From Ostrea edulis (lineage: Eukaryota), in assembly GCF_947568905.1 (NCBI RefSeq), contig NC_079167.1, forward strand, positions 76,074,001-76,138,000: a stretch of 64,000 bases of DNA, written 5' to 3'. Positions 43,120 to 53,299 of this stretch are shown piece by piece (within the stretch, counting starts at the first letter, position 1; every line of letters begins with the position of its first letter). A program made the translations under genes and the position numbers. The notes under the pieces are model-generated. The model was not told the DNA's origin. It did no database searches and was given only the letters and a program-made list of their open reading frames with translations.

Positions 43120-45258
43120 ATGAACACAGCGCACTTTATTTATGTTCTCACACTCTGCTCTGTGCAGTATGTGTTGTGTGAATTGAATCCGGAATATTTT
43201 CCCGCCATTTTTCAGACGCCTGAAGAAGAATATTGTCAGAAGAGATACCGGTGTCAAGGACGATCTCGCTTTTCCGCTCTGGACAACTGTAGGTGTGATC
43301 CTGAATGCTTGATATACGAGGACTGTTGCCATGACTACAGAAGCAACCACACAGTTGTGAAAAAAGCGATTCCAAGACTTTCATGTGAGTTTAGAGGTGA
43401 TATTGACTTTGAAAATTTCATTTACATTGTGAATTCTTGTCCTTCTGGCACTGATTCATATCTTAGAGAGAAATGTGAAGCCGAGAACGATGTGTTCGAC
43501 CATCCATCCAGTGGCCCTAGTTCGCGATATTTGTATAAAAACATATATTGCGCTATATGTAATTTTGATGATTACATCATGTGGAATCCAGCAATCCAGT
43601 GTCATTGGGATTATATACCTCCAGACAAGAATCTGTCCGTATCCTCCTTAAAGAATGATACCGGATGTTACGTCACATACTCGCCTCCAGAAGAGAATCT
43701 GAAACAGCGGACTTGTTTTCCAATCAATGTGACGGAATGTCAGAACGTGACTTTGATGACGTTATGTAAAAACGGATATTACGTGCTTCTATTTGGACTG
43801 AAAATTGTCTTAAGAAACATCTACTGTGCGAAATGTGAAAGTTATCTCGAATCAAACCTAACATGTCATATGAAGGAAACAAAGTTAACGCCTTATAAAC
43901 CAGTGAGAGATTCGTACCTCCATAGCTACAGAATTCTATTTGATCTAAATTTGAAAAAGGAGATAAGAGAGAGGAGCTTCCGACAAAGATTGATTGGGTC
44001 ATCTACGAATTCACTATCTAATGTCTGTAGCACAGATCATCTTCTGGATCCTTTGACAGGACAGTGTTATAAGATAATGTGCAAACCTCCGTTTATTTAT
44101 CAAAATGGTAAATGTGTATTGAACGCACGATTTGCTAATGACCCAAACAATACCTCAACATCATGCCTCTCTCGAATTTTTCACCAAAATGAGTTCGAAT
44201 TAATTAATTCCACCACCATTTTTGTGTTCTCCCTCAATAGAACGATGCATGATTTTACGCTCTCAGAAAATGAAAGCGATGCGTACGTTTGCATAAACGG
44301 AACAGAAATTGATCAAATGACTTACACAAGACTTGCGATCTATTTTTCAAAAGAAGAGAGTCTGTTGTCTTTCGTTGGTGGAATCTTGTCATTAACGTGT
44401 CTGCTAGTGTGTTTCACTGTTTACGTTTGTTCCCCCAAGCTGCACAATGTTCCCGGCAAAAACCTTATGTGCTTGATGGCATCCTTGTTCGTTGCGCAGT
44501 TGTTACATTTGGTAGCGCCATTTATCTTCGAGTTGAAAAACCAAAGTTTATGCAAGGCCCTATCTATTGTAACGCATTTTGCTTTCCTAGCTGCTTTTTT
44601 CTGGATGAATGTGATGTCTTTCGACATATGTTTCATATTTTCAACGGGGTTTACTAATTCGGGTGAAAGGGGAAGTCCTTCAAAGCGTGTGCTGTTTTAC
44701 AGGTTCTATGCTTGGTTGGGTGCTGTTATCATAGTTGGGTCTGCAGCCTCGGTTGAGTATACTTCGGATTCAAGTTTTAAACCCGGATATGGTGATGGAG
44801 TCTGTTGGATTTCAAATAGCAGAGGGTTGATGGTCTTCTTCCTGGTCCCCATCGCAATTCTGTTGTTTTCAAATTCTGTTTTCTTCCTAATATCTGCCGT
44901 AAGTATACACATGTCATCCAAGAAAACTTCCCGGATTCTGAAGAGAAAGAACACTTGCAAATTACTAATTTACACAAAACTGTCGGTTGTGATGGGGTTA
45001 ACCTGGTGTTTTGGTTTCTCGGCAGCGGCAACTAATAGTCAGGCGTTGTGGTATTTGTTCATTTTCTTCAACACTTTACAAGGATTCTTTATAGCAACTT
45101 TCTTTTTATGTACGAAAAAGGTGTTCCAAATCGTCCGAGATGGTGCTTCTTCATTTTATTCCAATACCAGGTCGCTTACTGTTAAAAAATCTTTAACTTC
45201 AAAGTCTGGGAATGAGAAAGGTAGAAATGCTTCTAGAAAATTCGAAGCCCGATATTAG
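43120..45258 (+). CDS. Intronless family-2 (secretin/adhesion/Methuselah-like) GPCR with N-terminal somatomedin-B-like domain
   Basis: 712 aa. Signal peptide, CRCDPECLIYEDCCHDY, Cys-rich ectodomain, seven hydrophobic helices with HFAFLAAFFWMNVMSFD (TM3), PGYG..CWI (ECL2), VMGLTW (TM6) and NTLQGFFI (TM7). Confidence 0.93.
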   Translation: MNTAHFIYVLTLCSVQYVLCELNPEYFPAIFQTPEEEYCQKRYRCQGRSRFSALDNCRCDPECLIYEDCCHDYRSNHTVVKKAIPRLSCEFRGDIDFENFIYIVNSCPSGTDSYLREKCEAENDVFDHPSSGPSSRYLYKNIYCAICNFDDYIMWNPAIQCHWDYIPPDKNLSVSSLKNDTGCYVTYSPPEENLKQRTCFPINVTECQNVTLMTLCKNGYYVLLFGLKIVLRNIYCAKCESYLESNLTCHMKETKLTPYKPVRDSYLHSYRILFDLNLKKEIRERSFRQRLIGSSTNSLSNVCSTDHLLDPLTGQCYKIMCKPPFIYQNGKCVLNARFANDPNNTSTSCLSRIFHQNEFELINSTTIFVFSLNRTMHDFTLSENESDAYVCINGTEIDQMTYTRLAIYFSKEESLLSFVGGILSLTCLLVCFTVYVCSPKLHNVPGKNLMCLMASLFVAQLLHLVAPFIFELKNQSLCKALSIVTHFAFLAAFFWMNVMSFDICFIFSTGFTNSGERGSPSKRVLFYRFYAWLGAVIIVGSAASVEYTSDSSFKPGYGDGVCWISNSRGLMVFFLVPIAILLFSNSVFFLISAVSIHMSSKKTSRILKRKNTCKLLIYTKLSVVMGLTWCFGFSAAATNSQALWYLFIFFNTLQGFFIATFFLCTKKVFQIVRDGASSFYSNTRSLTVKKSLTSKSGNEKGRNASRKFEARY

Positions 45259-45711
45259 TGTAGTACAGAAACTTTGTAAGAGATCTCATCTATTCATCAA
45301 GAATTTTGTTTGTTTGTTTTTGAATGAAAGGAATTACCGCCATAATTCCAAGCATCCTTCTCGTATTCTTAATTGTAGCATATGGCATTTTTAATTTCAT
45401 GCTACGTAATATAATAACATTTCAATTTCAGGGACTAAACCCAAAGAAAGACAGCGATTTAGTTTAGATCACATCTTAGCTTAAATCTACGACTGCTTAA
45501 GGGTATGCGTAAGTTCTTAGACTATACAACTTCCTGGTTTTTTTTTTGGGGGGGGGGTTCTTTTTTTTGCACTTGTTTTCATGCGGCTTCCTTCTTTTTC
45601 ACTTCCGAATATACACCTTTCCAACTTTTTATATTTGTATTTTCATCATCAAATTCCCTGGTCCCACGGGTACCATGATATATGATCATTGGGGATGCTA
45701 TAGTCCTTTCT

Positions 45712-45955
45712 CTCGTGGTAGCTCAGTGGTAGAGCGTTCGCTTCGTAACCGATAGGTCGCTCGTACCGTGGCCGCGTCAAACCTAAGCCGTTAACATATG
45801 TAGCGATTGCCCCTTTGCCAACGCTTGGCATTTAGAAGTGAGAGTTACGGGTCCTTCGGATATGACCTTAGAAACTGAGGTCATATGCCGCGGTAGGCGT
45901 TGGAACATTCAAGAACCCTCAGCGCTAAGCAAAAGTCTAATTTGTGGTACTTCAC
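45712..45955 (+). mobile_element. tRNA-derived SINE with partly deleted B box
   Basis: GGTAGCTCAGTGGTAGAGCG A-box head at 45717. Body shares CCTTCGGAT..GACC..GAGGTC..GGCAC core with the other SINE family. Confidence 0.7.
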
Positions 45956-46145
45956 TACAGATAGGATACGGATGTATATTTAATTGCTGGGATAAAATTT
46001 AGAAATTCATTTCAAAATTAAGGATTATCTCCCTCATGCATAGCTCTATCCTTGGACGAATTTGGCTCCAGTTTTTGGCACTCTAGTTTTCCTTTTAGCT
46101 CTTACAAGTTTATTGTTATTTCGAATTTCCAAAATTTCGGCTTGA

Positions 46146-46189
46146 GCATTACGGAAGAGACATTATTTGTCGAAATGCGCATCTGGTGC
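46146..46189 (+). ncRNA. Minimal type I hammerhead ribozyme with core mutation (CGGAAGA), within a repeat spanning ~45975-46219
   Basis: Same architecture as 42337. Stem I GCATTA/TGGTGC, AUC triplet (cut after 46183), U4 changed to G. Confidence 0.85.
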
Positions 46190-46588
46190 ATCAAAATTGG
46201 TACCGTATAAGTTTTACATAGCAACGTCTCGGTATGAATAAAAAATGAGTGAAAAATTCTCTACAAGATGTAAAACAACCTCTCTGTCTCTCAGCAAATT
46301 ATAACATTGCGTATCATGTATATTGACATGTGTTGTTCTCAGACACGTAGCTTCTTCAAAGAAGGGGAGGTAAACTGAGACCTTCAAGGAAACCTAATAT
46401 TCCCCAATCATTAAATCGTTAGTGGGTGTAGGATGAGGCAATGTTCTTTTCATTGATGCAATCTTACATTTTTACTCTCATTTTTACTACTGTCATAAAA
46501 AATCAAAGGACGGGGTGTAATGGGATAAGCGGCCAATAAACGAAGATTTTAAAGACTTATACTCTTCGGTCTTGACAAAAAACACAGC

Positions 46589-46892
46589 ATCGTATTGTAA
46601 TGTACATCGTATTGTAATGTACACCGTATTGTAATGTACATATTGTAATGTACATCGTATTGTAATGTACATATTGTAATGTACATCGTATTGTAATGTA
46701 CATATTGTAATGTACATCGTATTGTAATGTACATCGTATTGTAATGTACATCGTATTGTAATGTACATATTGTAATGTACATCGTATTGTAATGTACATC
46801 GTATTGTAATGTACATATTGTAATATACATCGTATTGTAATGTACATCGTATTGTAATGTGCATATTGTAATGTACATCGTATTGTAATGTA
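46589..46892. repeat. Minisatellite of mixed 17-bp (CATCGTATTGTAATGTA) and 14-bp (CATATTGTAATGTA) units
   Basis: Direct reading; no spacers. Confidence 0.95.
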
Positions 46893-47222
46893 TATCGATG
46901 TATTTTTTGCGATTGAGAGAGGGATTATTGATTCGCCTCATGTAATTGTCTCTAAGCAAATAGATGGTGATCTGTACATGCTTAGTAATCAGCTATGAAG
47001 TTTAAGATTTTGGACATACCTTGCTTCCAGAAAAGCAATTTTGGAACATAAAACTATTGGCATAACTTAGTTATTCGTACGAACTAAATTACGCTAAAAT
47101 ATACGCCTTTTTAAACAGCCCCGGAAGTCGTCCGGCTGTCCGTTTCGTATCCGAGGTGCAATTGTTGTAACGAATGCAATGTCCTCTGGTGTAATAATGA
47201 GACATAAAATGACGAATGCAAC

Positions 47223-49410
47223 TGTAGAAAAATTGGGTATCTAAGTTACGATAGGGGCGAATTGCCAGGGGGTCCGCTCTCTTTTTACTAGAAGTGGAAA
47301 TCCCGAATTTCTCTCTTAGCTCCGGGATTTTAATAGGCAAGGCCGCGTTATTTTTAAATGATCGGGTTTTAGTGTTGGTTTTTGGGGCAGAGGATCGCGT
47401 TATTGACGTCACCGGTAGGATTGTTTAGGTCACCTGCGCCGTGGATGGTCGGAGGTGGAAGCCATTTTGAAATGTATGAATTTTTGGTTACTTTTATTAG
47501 TATAGATATTTATATGTAATTGTTGATATCTTGTCTTATTTATTCTGGTTTGTGGTTAGGAAGGAATTCCAATGGCGTGGTATTCTGGTCAAGGTAGTCC
47601 CAGATGGTTAGGTGACGGGAGGCACCCAAGGGGGTAAGGCAGTTGGGCAGGGAAGCTTGGTGGGTACACAGGTGTAGGGGGATGCGGTGTCACTGGGTGG
47701 CAGGGGTATTCCGGGGGTGGCGTCACGGGCACCCAAGCATGGAATGCAGGGCCACAAGAGGGACTTGAAATGGAGCGAACTTACCAACTTGATGGAATTG
47801 GTTCTATTGTAGTTTCAGGCCAGGGGCATGGAACCGGGACAGTTAACCTGTCACAGACACTGAAGGATATAGAGGCCAAAATAGAGGCTCAAAGGAATCA
47901 GTCTAATCATTACAGACGGGTTGAAGCAGTGGCTTATCAAATCTATGGGGAGGCTTCCCCCAAGTTACCTGCAAAATATACTACTGTGTGCTGGTCCGAC
48001 GTTGGTTGTGTTGCGTCTAGGTCTACTTGGGATGACCCTGTGCATACGGGAATTGTGTCTCTGTCCGGCGTGGTCAGGGTCGCTGATGATTGGTGGGATA
48101 TAAGTGTTCTCTCTCAGATTGAGAGGCTTCCCCCTGATAAACTCCAAAATAATGAACTAGATTGGTTTGTTGTCCGTGGCTTCACGAGTTCCTATTAGTC
48201 ATGGGGTGATTACTATGTAGCCCAGGTTCAATGAACAAGGGACAACCCAAGTTCAGTCATCGCAAGAAGGTACGGATAAAAATGAGTTGTAAACTCCTTC
48301 ATGCTCACAGGGCCCCGAAATCCGGGGAACAAAAGCTTGGCCTGTAGTAATCCCGTCGTTGGTAGGCGGGGCCTTTCCTTGTAGTGTTACATCTGCTGAT
48401 CTGGAGGCTGTGATGCCCTATGGTGTGGTGTCCCATATTCTGATGTGTCTGTCCTGTGTCGTGTTCGTGTGACGAAATTCGTGACCGTATGTGACTCTGT
48501 GATGTGACTTTCCTGTTTGTGGATTTCATGGGACGTGCTGTGTGACTGTGACATTCTGTGTTGTGAACTCCTTTTTGTACTGTTAAAGTATTATGATTTA
48601 TAAGTTTATTATACTGTGAATCATAGGTGAAATTAATTCATTGATTTGTAATATTGTATGTACCTATTGTAAGCTACAGTGCTGCAGGTTAAATTTGTCG
48701 GAATTGGAACATTCCTCCTCAAAAGGGGGAATGTTGTGATTGGGGAGTAAGATTTCCGGTCGAGATTGGAGTCCTATAATGTTGTATGTCCTACTCAGTC
48801 TCTCTTACCCGCGAATTCTCAAAGCGAGCGGGTGTGTTTTGTAGAACGCAGCACTGTGGTTATTGTATACATGCAGTATTTGTAAGATGTCCTGTTTATC
48901 AGTACATATATTTGTTTATAAGTGTTTTTCTGGTGTTCGGTTTACGGAAAATCACTTAATCAGTATATCAAATTAATGGTGTGTGATCGTATTTTCAACT
49001 GTTAAAATCTAATTAATTTAAGGGTAAATTTTATCCGTGTCCAGAATTACTTTGATATGTGTATTGATTTAATGTGCGGTTTCAACACCAGCCAGAGAGG
49101 AGTTTGGGGGTAATCACAACAATAGCTTTTTCAGATAAATCTACCAGTGAAGGGCCTTTCTATTTTGGAACAATCCTTCTCAAAATGGGGGGAATGTAGT
49201 GAAATTGGGTTCTAAATTACGATAGGGGCGAATTGCCAGGGGACCCGCTCTCATTTTTATCGGAAGTGGGAACTCCGACTCTCTTTCCTAGCTCCAGGAT
49301 TTCAAGAAACAAGGTCGCGTGTTGACAGCCCAAAGAATTGTGTCAGTAATTGTCATTTATTGTGTGTTTTTAATACATATTCTTTAAGTGATCGGGTTTT
49401 AGTGTTGTTT
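47223..49410 (+). mobile_element. Non-autonomous LTR-retroelement composite
   Basis: Direct repeats starting TGTAG..AAATTGGG at 47223 and 49195, the latter preceded by a polypurine tract. A second LTR at 48732-49121 has TGTTGTGATT/AATCACAACA termini and its own polypurine tract. Confidence 0.75.
47572..48198 (+). pseudogene. Uncharacterised ORF inside the LTR element, Gly-rich N-terminus, one in-frame stop
   Basis: ATG 47572 is in frame with the 142-aa ORF at 47770, with a single TAA at 47635-47637 between them. Confidence 0.5.
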
Positions 49411-49579
49411 TCCGGCCTTTGTTTTCTTCAGTTTACAATGAAGCATACTGGGATTCAATCTCTACCCAGAGTTATCGTTCCTTACACTCATTTACACCTC
49501 TGTCAATGTCTCAAGGAACGACAACTCTGGGTAGAGATTGACTGGGATTAACAAGGAAAGCGGAACTACAAGTGAATCT

Positions 49580-51590
49580 TGATAAAATTGCGACCTCGAG
49601 CGAGAAGGTTTAAAAACAGTTACACGTAAATGACAAAAAACAAAAAAAAAAACAAAAACAAACCCCGTCAATTATCACGTTAACAACTTGTAAATAACAT
49701 TGCCTCAGGGTGTTTTGTGCCGTTTCAGGATGACTGTCATTAGAAAGGATTTAGGCTGAGTTTTCTCTCTCGATTTTTTGAAGGAAGGTGTGAGGGGAAA
49801 ATGTGGACAATATTTTGTCGGCGCAAGGACTTAGCCATAAAACAAGCCCCATTCGCCTTTCTCCATGTAATTTTTCAAAAGGCAGTTGGACAGAGACCCA
49901 GATAAACTGCGATAAAATTGTTATATCGAAGCTAAACACTGCTAGGCATTTTGTTTTGGTCTTCAATACACATTTGCACCAATTGACCTCCACCTTGTAA
50001 CAACATCTAACTTGTGCGTGGTAGAACATTTGATGCCATATGCGACCTTCGTCGATCAACTCATTGTGAAAGTTTAAAAACTTGGGTTTTAGGGACCTAA
50101 TTTATTCACCATACACAACATTTATTTCGATGTTGACAAATTTCCCTAAGTCTTATATGTTTTAGCCACCAGTGCATACCAATAGCGACCCAATTGTTGC
50201 GAGGAAAGCGAGTTTGCAGAGTAAATAATGTTTACATGGGGTCGTTGTCTTAACACTATTTGGTAATATAATTTCTTTGAATATCTGTAATTAGCGTTGC
50301 TTATTTTTATTTTAAATAAATAGTGCAATTATAATTAGATTTATTTTTGGATTAGATAAATTAAGATACAATATATCATTGCAATATGAGAATAAATTGA
50401 ATTGAATTGACAACTAGGCCTACTGTCATGGGTGCATTTCGAAAAAAAAAAATTATTTAAAATAAAAATAATCAAATTTATAGTGGAAATCACAATACTT
50501 AATTTAAATCAAGCAATTTTATTTATCATTATTTTTTAATCTTCACATTGTTAGGAAGTGAGAGCATGGCGTTTATAACTTAGGCTATTGTATGTATTGC
50601 TGTTACGTGTTCATTAAAAATATGAAAACATTATAATGCAATTCAAAGTTAGAAAATATAATATTTCATTATTCATAATTGAAAGTTCAATTATTTTCTA
50701 TCTTTAATGTTTTGTAAATCTACCAGTGGAAAGAAACTGGTAGCACAAGTTATGCCTATATGTTATTACAAGGTGAAGGTCAGTTGGTGCGAGTGTGTAA
50801 TTGATTGTTTGAATATTGTTTAAAGTCCCTCTTGAGAATATTTCACTTATATGGGGACGTCACCACTGCCGGCGAAGGAATGCAAAATTTAGGCCTATGC
50901 TCGGCGCTTATAGCCATTGAGCAGGGAGGGATCTTTATCGTGCCACACCTGCTGTGACACGGAACCTCGTTTTTCGCGGTCTCATCCGAAGGACAGCCCC
51001 ATTTAGTCGCCTCTTACGACAAGCAAGGGGTACTGAGAATCTATTCTAACCCGGATCCCCACGGGAATGTGTTGAATTTGAAGACCAGAACGGAATGCAA
51101 ATGCTGCAGGCCTACATGTAACAGTACTTAGCTTCGGTAGAACCATTCTCTCGGACTTTATCTAGGTCTCTGTCCAAATGCGTTTTTGAAAAAGTTCATG
51201 GGGTTTCATGGCAAAGTCCTTACAACGACAAAAAATATCCACGTCTTTTCCTTCCTTCGAAAATTGAAGAAGAAAAAAAACTCAGTCTAAATTCTCTCTA
51301 CTGACAGCTAATACACCGTTAAATGGCACAAAACTCTCTAATGCAGTGTCATTTACAAGCCATTAATGCGATAACTGGTTCTTTTGTCCAATAAATCTAA
51401 TAAGTTTATAAAATGGCTAACCTCGCTCGTGGTCGCATATAACGTCACACATAATGGCGCGTAAGATATTGAAGTACATATGCATATCGTAAGATTTGAA
51501 ATCCATCGCTTTCAAACTCGAAAACTACGCAAACTTGTAAAGTAGCTTTAGGCATAAAATAGATTAGTTTTGCTGAAGAAAAAAAAAATT
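49580..51590. mobile_element. Kolobok-like family remnants (inverted arm 49580-50035 plus forward body 50036-51590)
   Basis: Homologous to 15566-16870; termini missing. Confidence 0.75.
50800..51066 (-). mobile_element. SINE (ATCCCGTGGGG family), complete
   Basis: Interrupts the Kolobok-like body; same 5' start and (CAAT)n tail. Confidence 0.88.
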
Positions 51591-51860
51591 AGAATTAAGA
51601 ATGGAAATTAAAATGTGTTAAGCTAACATGGAAGTAAGAATGTCATATATTAAAATCAAAGTTAGAATTGAGAATACAAGAAGGACGCATAAAATTATGG
51701 CAGTAATTGTCTTCCATAGCTCTAGCTTTGGTTAATCCCCCTCTCTTTTTTATAAACTAGTGTTGCAACATGAATGCAGTGTTTATTCTTATCTTCGAAA
51801 TATCAACTATATATAGAAAACGGAACACGCTGGACTGGTCTGAAACCTGACGTTAATGGT

Positions 51861-52157
51861 ATGAAAAGTGAAGATAATGAACAGTGATCAATCTCATAAG
51901 TCCCATAAGCAATACAAAATAGAGAGTTGGGCAAACACGGACCCCTGGACACACCAGAAGTAGGATCAGGTGCTTAGGAGTAGTAAGCATCCCCTGTTGA
52001 CCGGTCATACCCGTCGTGACCTTATATCTTGATCTGATAAACGGATTTACCCGTAGTCAAAATCAGTGTGCCAAGAACGGCCTAGCAATCGGTATAAAAT
52101 ACGTCAGAGAGCATTTGACCCAATGATAGGTTGCATGGACAAACTACATCGTTATGT
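51861..52157 (-). mobile_element. Penelope-like 3' fragment
   Basis: Reverse complement is homologous to 58740-59038. Confidence 0.8.
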
Positions 52158-53299
52158 TGAGTCAATATTCAGATTGCTTTTAATTGATATACAAATCTGC
52201 GACATTGATGTTCAAAATATGTACAAAATCAATCTAAAACAAGCATTCTGAGAGTATTGCATAAGCAATACATGGCCCATACCGACTCCCCCACTAATTG
52301 TCGAATGTACAGTTGATGTTGTTTGACCTTGAACTGTGACCTGATACACTGGTATCAAGTCACCATGTTTAATAGTATCGAATTATTTTAATGTGTCGTT
52401 GTTCATACCGTTGACGCATGTAGTTTTTATCACAAATGAAAAAGTCTTAGTCCGTGGAGAAATATTTAGATAATCGTGCAAATGGAAAACAAATCAACAT
52501 ACCGATATAACATCTCATATTTGTATTCTAAATACTTATAAAGGACTTCTAAATACTACTTACTATCAACTGTTTGAAGCCTGTCTTCGAATATACCCGC
52601 GATAGCAGTAATGCGCTAAATTGAGAACTGCCGAAGGTGCTCACTGACTGCACAAAAATAATCGCGTGGAAGAGACTGACAGAGAGAGAGGAACGGACAG
52701 AAAAGAAAGCTACAGGAGACTAATAAAATGCTTTCGAATTCAAACTCAGCCGTATTTGAAATTTTTAACCCAAAGACTAGGGTTGTTAGAAAACCCAACT
52801 ATCCGCCATCTTTTAAAGAAATATCTTTATCTAAAAGAAGAAATTTTTCCAAAAGAAAATATTTCTTTTCATTTCATTCAAGTTTATTCAGGTATAAAAT
52901 ATCACCGAATGTCATGGTTATCAATTTGAAACCTGGCATATAATCTATAGCACTATGCAGCTATAACGGTTAAAGAATAAGTAACTGTATGAATAACATG
53001 ACATATGATGATATAATAACCTAAGGATAACCCATAAAAGCTTAAATTAGCTTATTTTAATTGTTGTTTTTAATATTTATATAATGGATGTGATCAACAG
53101 ACAAAACAGAATAAAAAGGTTACATGATTAACAATTGGAATTTTGACAGGTTTTGATTAATGGTTGCATAAAGCGTTGAAAATTGACAAGCCTCAGACAA
53201 TTTTATAATAGATTACTATAATACTAAAGTGTCAAAAAATACGTATTAAACAAAATTGTACATGATACCTTGTTTTACCGCTTGGCTTGCTGGAAAATA

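Noticed and set aside
45712-45790. Possible tRNA gene
   Set aside because: Only the A-box and D-arm are recognisable, the T-arm is deleted, and it continues into a SINE body.
42241-46219. GPCR delivered to this locus as a hammerhead-bounded retro-unit
   Set aside because: No TSD, copy 1 is shorter and appears to sit inside a MITE whose left arm lies outside the unit; kept only as a donor hypothesis.
46493-46959. Three overlapping repetitive ORFs or a CRISPR-like array
   Set aside because: Pure 14/17-bp minisatellite with no unique spacers and no cas genes; eukaryotic context.
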